Origin: Chlamydiales bacterium
GTDB lineage: Bacteria > Chlamydiota > Chlamydiia > Chlamydiales > JAAZZY01
Assembly (NCBI GenBank): GCA_965206695.1
Contig: CBDBKM010000010.1
Location: forward strand, 160,001 to 224,000
Length of the DNA stretch: 64,000 bases
Direction of reading: 5' to 3'
The notes under the pieces are model-generated. The model was not told where the DNA came from. It saw only the letters and a list, made by a program, of their open reading frames with translations, and searched no databases. This document shows positions 42,428 through 52,986 of the stretch, piece by piece. A program made the position numbers and the translations under genes. The first letter of the stretch is position 1. Every line of letters begins with the position of its first letter.

Positions 42428-42940
42428 ATGACAACTTTAAGTCCGGCAAATTTAACTGCGGTTTCTGATCAATTAAAAGTTAATGTTCAATATCGTTCAC
42501 CTACCTGTCAAGAGATTATTTTGGCTCTTACAAAAACAGGTATGGTTTTGACTGAAGGAATCTTATTAAGTGCAGTAGGCGTTGTTATTCTTTTTAAAAC
42601 AATTCAAGCAGGTGATACTTTTATAAAAGGAGGGTGTATTTCGGATCCTTTTGTAAAAGAAAGCTGGTGGAAGATTTGGTCTGATGAATGGGCGCCAGCA
42701 GCGGTTAATTGTAGTGGAGCTTCTAAAGGAAAGCTTTGGGTAAGAGCTAAAGAGTATGCTCGTCAACATCCTAAAAGTATGAATGCCGATGTCGTATATA
42801 ACTTGGGCGTTGCGACTTTGGGTGTAGCCGGGGCAATAGGAATCATAACAGGATTAACATGTTTAGCTTCAGGAATTAACTTAATTCATCACTCATTTAC
42901 TTATTTAATTCACCTTCCGCACACACTCTGGGAGTCTTGA
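42428..42940 (+). CDS. Hypothetical membrane protein (possible Inc-like/secreted)
   Basis: GAGGAG RBS before MTTLSP; two hydrophobic segments; no recognisable motif. Confidence 0.6.
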   Translation: MTTLSPANLTAVSDQLKVNVQYRSPTCQEIILALTKTGMVLTEGILLSAVGVVILFKTIQAGDTFIKGGCISDPFVKESWWKIWSDEWAPAAVNCSGASKGKLWVRAKEYARQHPKSMNADVVYNLGVATLGVAGAIGIITGLTCLASGINLIHHSFTYLIHLPHTLWES

Positions 42941-42999
42941 AATATAAGTGACTATTTTTTTAAAAAGCTGTTATGCTTTTTTTTTAAAGGAGAGGTGTG

Positions 43000-43726
43000 A
43001 TGAATCAAATTGAAATGATCAGTTTAGAAGATTTAATTCCCGAAACGCATAATTACCGTAAATTCGATCAAATTTGGTCTTTTAGATCCTATCCAAAATT
43101 TTTGCTGACTTAAGAGATCAACTAAGCAACCAAGGAGTGATGAATGAGGTTTTTAGTTTCGTAGACGCCACTCATTTAATTACTAAAGCCAATTTATGGA
43201 AAGAACGAGATAAAGCCCTACAAACCAAATACGAGAAATTAAATAATGAGGTACTACCGAAGGTTGCCGGCGACGGACAAGCCCGTATTGGTTGTAAAGG
43301 TAATGATAAATTTTGGTACGGTTATAAAAAACATATCAGTGTAGATATGCAAAGTGGTTTAATTAATAAAGTAGCCATTACACCGGATAATAAAACAGAT
43401 GCTCAAGGTTTGGAACATGTCTGTCCTACTCAAGGAACCATTTATGCAGAAAGGTTATTGTACAAATCCGGCTAAGCAAGCTGCTGCTAAACGTACATGT
43501 CATTTAGCGGCTATTAAGAAAAATAATATGAAGGAAAAGAATAAAGACTGCGATCGATGGTATAGTGGTTTACGCTCGGCCCTATGAGCGAGTGTTTTCT
43601 CAGGATCCTAAGCGCATCCGTTATCGGGGTGTTGCTAAGAACCAATTTTCGGCCTTTATGCAAGCGATAAGCTTTCATTTAAAACGCTTATTGGTGCTTT
43701 ATTTCCCAAATGTTTGTTTAAATTGA
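43000..43726 (+). pseudogene. IS5-family transposase pseudogene
   Basis: MNQIEMISLEDLIP..., FVDATHL, FWYGYKKH, IYA(E)KGY, R.RYRGVAKNQ in broken frames. Confidence 0.8.
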
Positions 43727-43878
43727 AGGATAGCTATGTCTACGTTCCGTCAAGTTTTCCGGCTTGCAACAGCAAACTTCTATAAATAGCTTTAAAAGCT
43801 TCTACAATAAACGATTAAAATCCAATCCGTTTTTTTTTATTTCTAAAGCATAAAAACCTGTTAGATCACAACACATCT

Positions 43879-43936
43879 ACTCTTGTAAAGAGCGTTTGGA
43901 TTCTATAGCCTGCTTAGTAGAAGGTGTGTGTAAGGT
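43879..43936 (-). repeat. Degenerate copy of the 71-bp MITE at 47997-48067
   Basis: ACTCTTGTAAAGAGCGTTTGGATTCTATAGCCTGCTTAGTAGAAGGTGTGTGTAAGGT matches the reverse complement of 47997-48055. Confidence 0.75.
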
Positions 43937-43948
43937 ATTAAGTAATAT

Positions 43949-45187
43949 TTAAGCTATTTTCTCATCCGATCGTTTAATAATCGGATCCTTACCTTTGCTA
44001 ACTGTATCACCTTCGATGATAATTTCACTAATGGTATCGTCGGTAGGGATCTCAAACATCGTATCTCGCAAGAGATCTTCTAAAATCATCCTAAGAGCAC
44101 GCGCTCCGGTGCCTGCTTTGACAGCTTTGCCGGCGATAGCTGTTAAAGCTTCATCTGTAAAAGTGAGTTTAACATTGTCATGCTTGAACATGTGAGTAAA
44201 CTGCTGGATTAAAGCATGTTTAGGCTGAGTAAGAATATTGACTAAATCTTCTTCAGTTAATTCATTGCAATTAACAAAACAATTGAAACGACCAATAAAT
44301 TCAGGGATCATACCAAATTGAACAAGATCGTGTGGTTCGACTTTGGATAACAAGTAACTTTTTTCATGAGCATCAAGAGCTTTCTTATTTGAAACGCTAA
44401 AACCAATGGTTCCTTTCCCTAGTCTTTTAGCGATAACTTTATCTAAATTAACAAATGCGCCACCTACTATAAAAAGAATGTTTTCAGTATTAACTCGAAT
44501 GTATTCTTGGTTAGGATGTTTTCTTCCGCCTTTTGGAGGAACATTAGCAACTGTTCCTTCAACAATTTTTAATAAAGCTTGTTGAACACCTTCACCTGAA
44601 ACATCTCTTGTAATAGAAACATTCGATGTCGTTCTTCCAATCTTATCAATTTCATCAACATAGATGATACCTTGCTCTGCTCGTGCTACATCATATTCTG
44701 CAGCTTGGAGTAGTCTAAGAATGATATTTTCAACATCTTCGCCTACATAACCTGCTTCTGTTAATGTTGTCGCGTCTGCAATCGTAAAGGGGACATCTAA
44801 TATTTTAGCTAATGTTTTAGCAATAAGAGTCTTTCCTGATCCTGTGGGGCCGAGAAGAAGTACATTTGATTTATTATATTCAATATCAGACCCACTACTC
44901 ATTAATTGAATACGTCTATAGTGATTATAGACGCCAACAGATATAGTTTTTTTAGCTTCTTCTTGTCCAATGATATACTCATCCAAGAGGCTCTTAATTT
45001 CTTTAGGTTTTAAAATAACGAGTTCATGAGTAGTGGTTTTTTTTTCTACAATACCCATGCATAACCGAACGCATTTATCACATATGTAAACGTCAGGCCC
45101 TGAAATAAGCTTTTCAACAACATCCTCAGTTCGGCCACAAAATGAACAATTCGCTATATCTTTTGATGAAAATGATTTTCTTCCCAT
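43949..45187 (-). CDS. clpX: ATP-dependent Clp protease ATPase ClpX
   Basis: CSFCG zinc finger, [26 protein letters not shown] loop. Confidence 0.98.
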   Translation of the reverse strand: MGRKSFSSKDIANCSFCGRTEDVVEKLISGPDVYICDKCVRLCMGIVEKKTTTHELVILKPKEIKSLLDEYIIGQEEAKKTISVGVYNHYRRIQLMSSGSDIEYNKSNVLLLGPTGSGKTLIAKTLAKILDVPFTIADATTLTEAGYVGEDVENIILRLLQAAEYDVARAEQGIIYVDEIDKIGRTTSNVSITRDVSGEGVQQALLKIVEGTVANVPPKGGRKHPNQEYIRVNTENILFIVGGAFVNLDKVIAKRLGKGTIGFSVSNKKALDAHEKSYLLSKVEPHDLVQFGMIPEFIGRFNCFVNCNELTEEDLVNILTQPKHALIQQFTHMFKHDNVKLTFTDEALTAIAGKAVKAGTGARALRMILEDLLRDTMFEIPTDDTISEIIIEGDTVSKGKDPIIKRSDEKIA

Positions 45188-45222
45188 AATGTTTCTATTG
45201 CAATTTGGTTAAATTATTATAA

Positions 45223-45849
45223 TCAAACTTCGACTTTATCAATACTATTCTCTAACGCGGAGGATTCGGATTGCTTTTTGATAACTTTATCAACAATCCC
45301 ATACTCAACAGCGTCATCAGGACTCATAAAATAGTCTCTATCCCAATCGATGAGAATTTGGTTTAAATCTTGGCCGGTAGATTGTGTCATTATTTCTGCT
45401 AAATTTTCCTTCATTTTGCGAATTTCTTTCGCCTGAATGTTAATATCAATCGAAGTACCAATGACGCCACCATCCGGTTGATGGATCATGATACGACTAT
45501 GTGGTAGAGCGTAGCGTTTACCTTTGGTTCCCGCAGCAAGAAGAACTGCACCCATTGAAGAAGCTTGTCCAATACAATAGGTATTCACGTCACAACCTAA
45601 AAACAACATTGTATCATAAATAGCTAAGCCGGAAGAGATATATCCTCCGGGCGAGTTGATATAAATGCTAATTTCCTTTTTCGGGTCCTCCATTCTTAAA
45701 AAAAGAAGCTGAGCGACGACGACATTTGCAATCTGATCATCAATAGCTGTTCCGATAAATATTATTCGATCTTTTAAAAGACGTGAATAAATATCCATTG
45801 AACGCTCACCACGTCCGGTATCTTCGATAACATATGGAGTCAGAGACAT
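45223..45849 (-). CDS. clpP: Clp protease proteolytic subunit (ClpP2-type, in tig-clpP-clpX)
   Basis: [34 protein letters not shown]. Confidence 0.97.
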   Translation of the reverse strand: MSLTPYVIEDTGRGERSMDIYSRLLKDRIIFIGTAIDDQIANVVVAQLLFLRMEDPKKEISIYINSPGGYISSGLAIYDTMLFLGCDVNTYCIGQASSMGAVLLAAGTKGKRYALPHSRIMIHQPDGGVIGTSIDINIQAKEIRKMKENLAEIMTQSTGQDLNQILIDWDRDYFMSPDDAVEYGIVDKVIKKQSESSALENSIDKVEV

Positions 45850-45893
45850 GTATTTTCCTCTTTTAGTTAAAGCTTATTATTCCCATTATAGTC

Positions 45894-46188
45894 ATTCGTG
45901 TTGGAGGCTTATGATCTTGCCAAACATCGTGTTTAGCTCACCGCTCTTTTCCTGCTTCTACGCTGCTCCGTCTCTGCTAACCTTGGGCGACGCTCAGAAA
46001 TTATTCACAACTCCACAGGCACTCTACCGCTCGCGCAGCGGATCAGATTTAAAAATCAACCAAACTATAGCATACGAGGCTATTTTAATAGAGGAAAAGA
46101 TCGCATAGCCCAACTAAAATTAAATGCCTCTCAAACTCTCTGCCGTCGCAAGCGAGTCCGGGGGTCGACTACATCCGTGCAGTCTTCA
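45894..46188 (-). mobile_element. 295-bp non-coding element (copy 2), homolog of 26715-27013
   Basis: Same ends and scaffold as copy 1; inserted between tig and clpP. Confidence 0.85.
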
Positions 46189-46327
46189 AAGAACTCATTT
46201 TTATGCCAAAGTTTTTCAGGAATTAAAAACATTCATTTTAAATCATTGCTATTGAAGAAATAATCTTAAGTATATGGGTTCGATATCTTAAGCGTTTATA
46301 ATTATTCGGTCTTTTCAACTTGTCATT

Positions 46328-47653
46328 TTAAGTTACTTTAGCTTGTTGAATGATGAGGTCTTTTACTTTATCATTGATTATTTCAATATAACATAACATT
46401 CGTAATTCACTTATTAAGCGTTCATCTAAATTCGGATTTTTGTGCTGCAATAAACCCATTTCAGAAAGATGATGCATAATTGATTTTCTCAGCTCATCTT
46501 CTGTGACTTGAACCTTCTTTTCAAAAGCTAGTTTTCTGAAGATAAAATATAATTTAAGAGCTCTTTTTGCAGCGGCTTCAATTTCGTTTTCGATTTCAGG
46601 TTGTTGTTTAGTAATTTCTTCATCGCTTAAACCGGACTGTTTCAATTTGTAAATACGATCTTGCATTCGGTTTTGTTTTTCTGTTTCAACAAGAGTTTCC
46701 GGTACGTCAAATTCAATAGATTTAGTCAAAGCTTCCTCTAGTTGATCCTTTATAGCTTTTTGAGCTTTAGCTTCAGCTTCTGCAGTCAAACGTAAGTATA
46801 TGTTAGTTCTTAGTTCTGCGACAGAGGTAGCACCAAGTTTTTTTGCAAACTCATCGTCAATTTCAGGAGGAGTTCCTTTGAAAATGCCTTTAACTGTTAA
46901 CCGACAATTAGTGGGTTTAAAGTTTTTTAAAGATTCTTTAGGTAGGTTTTCATCAGCTTCACTCATTCCTTCAGCTGTATCACCGGTGGATAAACCAATA
47001 ACTAATTTACGTAACCAATTACCCGTTTTCTTCTCTTTCATTTCAAAACGTCGATCCGTTACAATCATTTTCTGTGTTTTCAAATCTTGGATATCTAAAT
47101 CGACATAATCACCTTCTTCAATAGGTCTATCTTTGATGTCTTCGAATTCAACATGATACGATAGCATCATAGAGATGACTTCATCGACTTTTTCTTGTTC
47201 GACTTCTTCCTTTTCTATCTTTTTCAAGTCAATGGATTGAATATCTATTTCGGGTATTTCAGGTTCAGATTCAAATTCAAAACGGATGATTGCGCCTTCT
47301 TCATCAGAACAACTCTCAAGAGTATGTTGAACTTGCTTATTTGAAATCGGATGAAGTTTTGTTAATACCAATGCTTCATTTAAACTGTTATTAACAGTAA
47401 TTTCTTTCCAACGTTGATCAACATAAGATGCGTATTTTTTTAAGACAACGGCGTCAGGTGCTTTACCTTTACGAAAGCCGGGCAAAGAGATATCTTTTTT
47501 TATTTCTTTCACAGCTTTTTGAAAAGAAGCTTTGACCGTAATAGGAGATACCTCGACATTTAATTCAATTTTACAGTGCGGGTGTTGCGTGACTGTAACC
47601 TTGACATGATCACTTTGTAAGGGTTGATTATCTGCGTTCTGTTTTTCTGGCAA
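46328..47653 (-). CDS. tig: Trigger factor
   Basis: LPGFRKGKAP ribosome-binding motif, IDDEFAKKLG, position upstream of clpPX. Confidence 0.94.
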   Translation of the reverse strand: MPEKQNADNQPLQSDHVKVTVTQHPHCKIELNVEVSPITVKASFQKAVKEIKKDISLPGFRKGKAPDAVVLKKYASYVDQRWKEITVNNSLNEALVLTKLHPISNKQVQHTLESCSDEEGAIIRFEFESEPEIPEIDIQSIDLKKIEKEEVEQEKVDEVISMMLSYHVEFEDIKDRPIEEGDYVDLDIQDLKTQKMIVTDRRFEMKEKKTGNWLRKLVIGLSTGDTAEGMSEADENLPKESLKNFKPTNCRLTVKGIFKGTPPEIDDEFAKKLGATSVAELRTNIYLRLTAEAEAKAQKAIKDQLEEALTKSIEFDVPETLVETEKQNRMQDRIYKLKQSGLSDEEITKQQPEIENEIEAAAKRALKLYFIFRKLAFEKKVQVTEDELRKSIMHHLSEMGLLQHKNPNLDERLISELRMLCYIEIINDKVKDLIIQQAKVT

Positions 47654-47735
47654 GGGAGCCTCTTATAAATATTTGATTAAATTTCTTTAAGATAAGCCGC
47701 ATCTGTATTAACGGGTGTTATTTTAGTTAAATAAT

Positions 47736-47807
47736 AGCGGGTGATGAGGTTCGAACTCACGACCCTCACGTTGGCAACGTGATGCTCTACCACTGAGCTA
47801 CACCCGC
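47736..47807 (-). tRNA. tRNA-Gly(GCC), CCA not encoded
   Basis: GCGGGTGTAGCTCAGTGGTAGAGCATCACGTTGCCAACGTGAGGGTCGTGAGTTCGAACCTCATCACCCGCT cloverleaf. Confidence 0.97.
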
Positions 47808-47996
47808 ACATTCCAAAATATCTCGTGATTTTGAACTAAGCATTTTACCTTTTAATCTATATTTTACTCAAGTATAAACTCTTAAAATACCCATGTATGA
47901 ACTATAATACCGTGGATAAATTTAATGTTGGACTAGATTGGCTTATCAAATTTCCAAAAAATTCAATAGATCATAATTAAGTAACTTAATTAATTC

Positions 47997-48067
47997 ACCT
48001 TACGCTCACCTTCTTACTAAGCAGGTTATAGAATCAAACGCTCTTTACGAGAGTGCGTGCGTAAGGT
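47997..48067 (+). mobile_element. 71-bp MITE-like element
   Basis: Terminal IR ACCTTACGC/GCGTAAGGT; second copy at 43879-43936. Confidence 0.7.
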
Positions 48068-48322
48068 AAGTGATTTAGGTTGTATTTTTTTGTTTTCAAT
48101 AGCGATTCATAGGCATGAAACAGAGGAATAGACTTGAACAATAATAAGGATAATTTTAAAAGGAGTTCCTTATGGTATTTTTTGTTAATTTTTATTGCGG
48201 TTGTTTGATGAAAGAGTTACAAACTACAGCTCTTTGCTGCTTGTCATTTGTAGGCTGGGTATAATTAGGAGATAATTGTTACAACTTAAGATCAAATTAT
48301 AACTTAGGACTGATAGAAAATC

Positions 48323-51300
48323 ATGCTAAATTTTCGTAGGCTTCGACAGGATTTTTCTTCTAATATATTGAAGGAAGGTCGTGGATTATATGATAAGAAA
48401 ATGGTATCAACTGCCAAGATTTTACACTTGGATAAAGATGTTATTAGACTAAGCGGACGAGTCCGGGGAAATTATGATAATAACTATGAAAGTGAAATTG
48501 AAATAGACCGAACAGAATCCTCTGCAATGGATTCTAACTGCGACTGTCCTTATACCTATGATTGTCAACATCTAGCAGCACTACTATTCTTTTTAGAGGA
48601 GCATATTGATGAGATTCTGGTCTCTTATTCAAAAGAAGCGGATCTTGATGAAAATGAACATGTTGATGAAGATGAAAAAGATCGATTACGTGAAACTTTT
48701 GAGCAGGCTGAGAGTAAAGAAAAAAGCCGAATAAATGAAAAATCCCAGAAGGAATTACTTATCGAATACATTGGAGCTTCTGAGATACTGGGAAAAGCTC
48801 CATATTTTTTACCCAAAGAAGAATCTCAGCAAGTAGATAAGGCAGAACTGGCGATTATTTTTAATACTCTGGAATCAACTCCGGGAGAATTTTGCAATAA
48901 AAATCCTGAAATACAATTAGCCCTAAGATTACCCTTTCGTTCAAAGCCATTAAATATTCCGAATATCAAAGCATTCATTAATGCGATTCGTTATCAAGAG
49001 CCGATTTATATTTCCGGTAAACGTTATCTATTCATGACCCACTCTTTTCCGTTAGAAAGTATTTCTATTCTAAGAGTATTGATGAACCAACTCAGTTATC
49101 GTTCTCAAGGACATGAAAGAAATCAACGGATTGTTCAAGTCGAAGCTGAAGTATTTGGAGATATGTTAAATAAAGTTTACCAATTAGCGACTGAACAAAC
49201 CTCGAGCCATAAGAGTACTAAAGATCCTGAAGGTTTATTGATGCCTTGTCTTTATAATGCGAGCATTGAAACCCCCCTTAGATTTTCTAATATGCAAGCC
49301 GGCCTGCAATTTAAATTGGAATACCTTGAATCGCCGGCTCCAAAACTCTTTTTAGAACCTTTCATTTTAATAGATAATACACCGATTCAACCTGAAGAAA
49401 GTTTCTTATTTGAATGTGCAAAACCGGGTTTAATTTATAAAAATTGTTATTATGTTTTCCCCGGTCATTTAAGACGTGTTCATTTGCGGTATCTTTCTAA
49501 AATTCGTGATATGGTTATTCCTGAACCATTATTTGGTACCTTTGTAGAGAATGCACTTACCGAATTGCAACGATTTGCAACAGTTGGAAATCAAGAGGTA
49601 ATCGAACGATTTATTACCCTACCTTTTGTTAGTAAGCTAACAGCTAGATGCGATATTTCTTATGTAGATGCAGAAATGGAGGCATCTTTATTTTTCTTAT
49701 ATGATGAGATTAAAGTACCGGCAGCCGGTAATATATTAGGATATGATGATGTCTCTTTGTTTATTACGGATCAAGGAATTCTAGCTCGAAATTTAGTACA
49801 AGAACAAGAGATTATCAAGGACCTATTTCAAGGGTTTGTTTTTAATAAAGAGCAAGGTGTCTTTATTGCCAAAACTGATAAGGTTATTGTCGAGTTTATG
49901 ACTGAAATGCTTCCTCGAAACCATGACAGAGTTCAATTTGAATGTCCACACAATTTACTTGATCAGTTTATTTATGATGAGACAGATTTTGAATTAAATT
50001 TTAGAGAAACTGATCGTGTAGACGCCTATAAAGTTGAGTTAAAAGTTAATGGTCATTTGAAAGATATTAAACTTGATTTACTTTGGGAGTGTTGTTCATC
50101 TAGAAAAACTTATATCGAATTAGAAGCACTCAGAACCAAACGTAAAAAAGGCGGAAGCGGTCCAAGTAAACAGCATAAGATATTAGTGCTTGATCTAGAT
50201 CGAATAACTCCGGTTATTCAAATATTTGATGAAATTGGTTTAGCAAAGGTCGAAGATCATAAAGAATTTAGACCATTGTGGAGTTTAGCGAGTGTTGCAG
50301 TGGCACAATTTGATGATCTCCCCATTAAAGTTACAATGAGTGACAATCTTAAAAAGATTCAAGAACAGATGATGGGATTGCGTTCTATTAAATCAACACC
50401 AATACCTAAAGAAATTAAAGCGGAACTTCGCAATTACCAGAAAGAAGGTATCGAATGGTTAGAGCGTTTGAGATCCATGCATCTTAATGGTATTTTAGCT
50501 GACGATATGGGGTTAGGAAAGACGCTGCAAGCGATTGTAGCCATTACACAAAATAAAATCAATAACCCGGAAGCTATCTCATTAGTTGTTTGCCCAACAT
50601 CCTTACTTTATAATTGGCAAGAAGAAATTAGCCGTTTTAATCCAAAATTAACAATTTTGGTTATTGACGGTATTCCCGCTCAACGGAAAAAATTGCTGGT
50701 TAAAATTGATAAGTATGATGTTATCATTACTTCCTATAGCTTATTGCAAAAGGATGTGGAAACTTATAAGAAAAGAATATTTGACTACGTTATTTTAGAT
50801 GAAGCTCAACATATAAAAAATAGAGGCACACGCAATGCTCAATCAGTAAAACTATTGCAATCTGTCTTTAAATTAATATTGACGGGTACACCTGTTGAAA
50901 ATTCTCTTGCTGAATTATGGAGCTTGTTTGATTTCTTAATGCCGGGACTTCTTAGTACCTATGAACGTTTTGTTGAAAAATATGTAAGAGATTCAGGTCA
51001 CACACATAAAGGGAATATGGAAAAGCTTAAGAAAAAGGTTTCTCCCTTTATTTTAAGAAGGATGAAAGCAGATGTTTTAGATGACTTACCTCCTGTTTCT
51101 GAAATTGTTTATCATACTCAACTCTCTGAAGTACAACAAGACTTATACAAATCGTATGCTGATTCCGCACGAGAAGAACTATCTAATCTTGTTAAGAAGG
51201 AAGGATTTGAAAAAGTTCAAATACATGTCTTAGCAACATTGACTCGATTAAAGCAGATTTGTTGTCACCCTGCAATTTTTGCTAAAGAAAAAGCAGAAAA

Positions 51301-51817
51301 GGCTGATTCCGCTAAATATGAAATGCTTTTAGAGCTGCTTGATACGCTGATAGAAGGGCAGCATAAAGTGGTTATTTTTAGCCAATATACTCGCATGTTG
51401 GGTATCATGCGTAAGGATCTTGGTCAACAAGGTATTCGATTTAGTTATTTAGACGGTTCATCTAAGAATCGGTTGGAAATAGTTAAACAATTTAATGCGG
51501 ATCCTTCCATTTCAGTCTTTTTAGTTTCTCTAAAAGCCGGAGGCTCAGGTTTAAACCTTGTTGGAGCTGATACTGTTATTCATTATGATATGTGGTGGAA
51601 TCCGGCGGTTGAAAGTCAGGCTACAGATCGTGTACATCGCATAGGTCAGACAAAATCTGTCATGTCGTATAAGTTAATTACTTTAGGCACAATTGAAGAA
51701 AAAATCCTGCAGATGCAAGAACGCAAGAAGGGTTTAGTGAAAAAAATAATAAGCTCTGATGATGAGGCTATTTCGAAATTAACTTGGGAAGAAGTCTTAG
51801 AGTTATTACAAACTTAA
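48323..51817 (+). CDS. SWIM-domain SNF2-family helicase
   Basis: CDCP..C.H SWIM motif, LADDMGLGKT, DEAQ, LTGTP.EN, QATDRVHRIGQ. Confidence 0.95.
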   Translation: MLNFRRLRQDFSSNILKEGRGLYDKKMVSTAKILHLDKDVIRLSGRVRGNYDNNYESEIEIDRTESSAMDSNCDCPYTYDCQHLAALLFFLEEHIDEILVSYSKEADLDENEHVDEDEKDRLRETFEQAESKEKSRINEKSQKELLIEYIGASEILGKAPYFLPKEESQQVDKAELAIIFNTLESTPGEFCNKNPEIQLALRLPFRSKPLNIPNIKAFINAIRYQEPIYISGKRYLFMTHSFPLESISILRVLMNQLSYRSQGHERNQRIVQVEAEVFGDMLNKVYQLATEQTSSHKSTKDPEGLLMPCLYNASIETPLRFSNMQAGLQFKLEYLESPAPKLFLEPFILIDNTPIQPEESFLFECAKPGLIYKNCYYVFPGHLRRVHLRYLSKIRDMVIPEPLFGTFVENALTELQRFATVGNQEVIERFITLPFVSKLTARCDISYVDAEMEASLFFLYDEIKVPAAGNILGYDDVSLFITDQGILARNLVQEQEIIKDLFQGFVFNKEQGVFIAKTDKVIVEFMTEMLPRNHDRVQFECPHNLLDQFIYDETDFELNFRETDRVDAYKVELKVNGHLKDIKLDLLWECCSSRKTYIELEALRTKRKKGGSGPSKQHKILVLDLDRITPVIQIFDEIGLAKVEDHKEFRPLWSLASVAVAQFDDLPIKVTMSDNLKKIQEQMMGLRSIKSTPIPKEIKAELRNYQKEGIEWLERLRSMHLNGILADDMGLGKTLQAIVAITQNKINNPEAISLVVCPTSLLYNWQEEISRFNPKLTILVIDGIPAQRKKLLVKIDKYDVIITSYSLLQKDVETYKKRIFDYVILDEAQHIKNRGTRNAQSVKLLQSVFKLILTGTPVENSLAELWSLFDFLMPGLLSTYERFVEKYVRDSGHTHKGNMEKLKKKVSPFILRRMKADVLDDLPPVSEIVYHTQLSEVQQDLYKSYADSAREELSNLVKKEGFEKVQIHVLATLTRLKQICCHPAIFAKEKAEKADSAKYEMLLELLDTLIEGQHKVVIFSQYTRMLGIMRKDLGQQGIRFSYLDGSSKNRLEIVKQFNADPSISVFLVSLKAGGSGLNLVGADTVIHYDMWWNPAVESQATDRVHRIGQTKSVMSYKLITLGTIEEKILQMQERKKGLVKKIISSDDEAISKLTWEEVLELLQT

Positions 51818-51885
51818 ATGATAAATTTCCAATAAAATACAAAATATGTGATGATACTCATTGAAGTTTTGAGTAAGGAAAAAGG

Positions 51886-52974
51886 ATGATAAAGAAAAGT
51901 CATATTAGCGCAATAATGGAAAAAATGCATAGGTCTTCGTTGCGAAGATTCAATAAATTAGCGGGTTTTTTTTCAAGTGATATTGGAATAGATTTAGGGA
52001 CAGCGAATACACTAGTCTATGTAAGAGGGAGAGGGATTGTTTTAACAGAACCTTCTGTTGTTGCTGTTGACTCACGTACGAATGAAGTTCTGGCTGTTGG
52101 ATCTAAAGCAAAAGCCATGTTGGGCAAAACACCTCAAAAGATACACGCAGTAAGGCCAATGAAAGATGGGGTAATTGCTGATTTTGAGATAGCTGAAGGG
52201 ATGCTGAAAGCATTAATAAAAAGAGTTACTCCGGCCCGTAGTTTATTTCGCCCTAAAATTTTAATTGCAGTTCCTTCCGGTATCACAGGAGTAGAAAAAA
52301 GAGCTGTAGAGGATTCCGCTATCCATGCAGGAGCTCAAGAAGTTGTTCTTATTGAAGAACCGATGGCCGCTGCCATTGGGGTGGACCTTCCGGTCCATGA
52401 GCCTTGTGCTAATATGATTATTGATATTGGAGGGGGTACAACTGAAATTGCGATAATATCTTTAGGAGGTATTGTTGAATCTCGATCATTAAGGATAGCA
52501 GGAGATGAGTTTGATGATTGCGTGATCAACTATATGCGAAGAACTTATAATTTGATGATTGGTCCCAGAACAGCTGAAGAAATCAAAATTACAATCGGGT
52601 CGGCTTATCCTTTAGGGGATAATGAATTAGAAATGGAAGTTCGTGGACGAGATCAAGTCGCAGGTCTCCCTGTAACGAAACGAATTAATTCTGTTGAAAT
52701 TCGAGAATGTCTTGCTGAACCTATTCAGCAAATTATTGAGTCCGTCAAACTTACGTTAGAAAAATGTCCTCCTGAATTAGCAGCTGATTTAGTTGAAAGA
52801 GGAATGGTATTAGCCGGTGGAGGTGCCTTAATAAAAGGGTTTGATAAAGCTTTTATTAAAGAAACGGGTTTGCCTGTTATAGTTGCTCCCAATCCTTTAT
52901 TAGTGGTATGTCTGGGAACAGGGAAGGCTTTGGAATATCTGGACAAATTCAAGCCTAGAAAAGCAAGAATTTAA
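51886..52974 (+). CDS. mreB: Actin homolog MreB
   Basis: GIDLGTANT, EPMAAAIG, DIGGGTTE, LAGGGAL. Confidence 0.98.
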   Translation: MIKKSHISAIMEKMHRSSLRRFNKLAGFFSSDIGIDLGTANTLVYVRGRGIVLTEPSVVAVDSRTNEVLAVGSKAKAMLGKTPQKIHAVRPMKDGVIADFEIAEGMLKALIKRVTPARSLFRPKILIAVPSGITGVEKRAVEDSAIHAGAQEVVLIEEPMAAAIGVDLPVHEPCANMIIDIGGGTTEIAIISLGGIVESRSLRIAGDEFDDCVINYMRRTYNLMIGPRTAEEIKITIGSAYPLGDNELEMEVRGRDQVAGLPVTKRINSVEIRECLAEPIQQIIESVKLTLEKCPPELAADLVERGMVLAGGGALIKGFDKAFIKETGLPVIVAPNPLLVVCLGTGKALEYLDKFKPRKARI

Positions 52975-52986
52975 TGGTTATTTAAC

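Noticed and set aside
43879..48067. Inversion of clpX-clpP-tig-tRNA between inverted MITE copies
   Set aside because: Divergent tig / SNF2-mreB-pckA arrangement matches the usual chlamydial order
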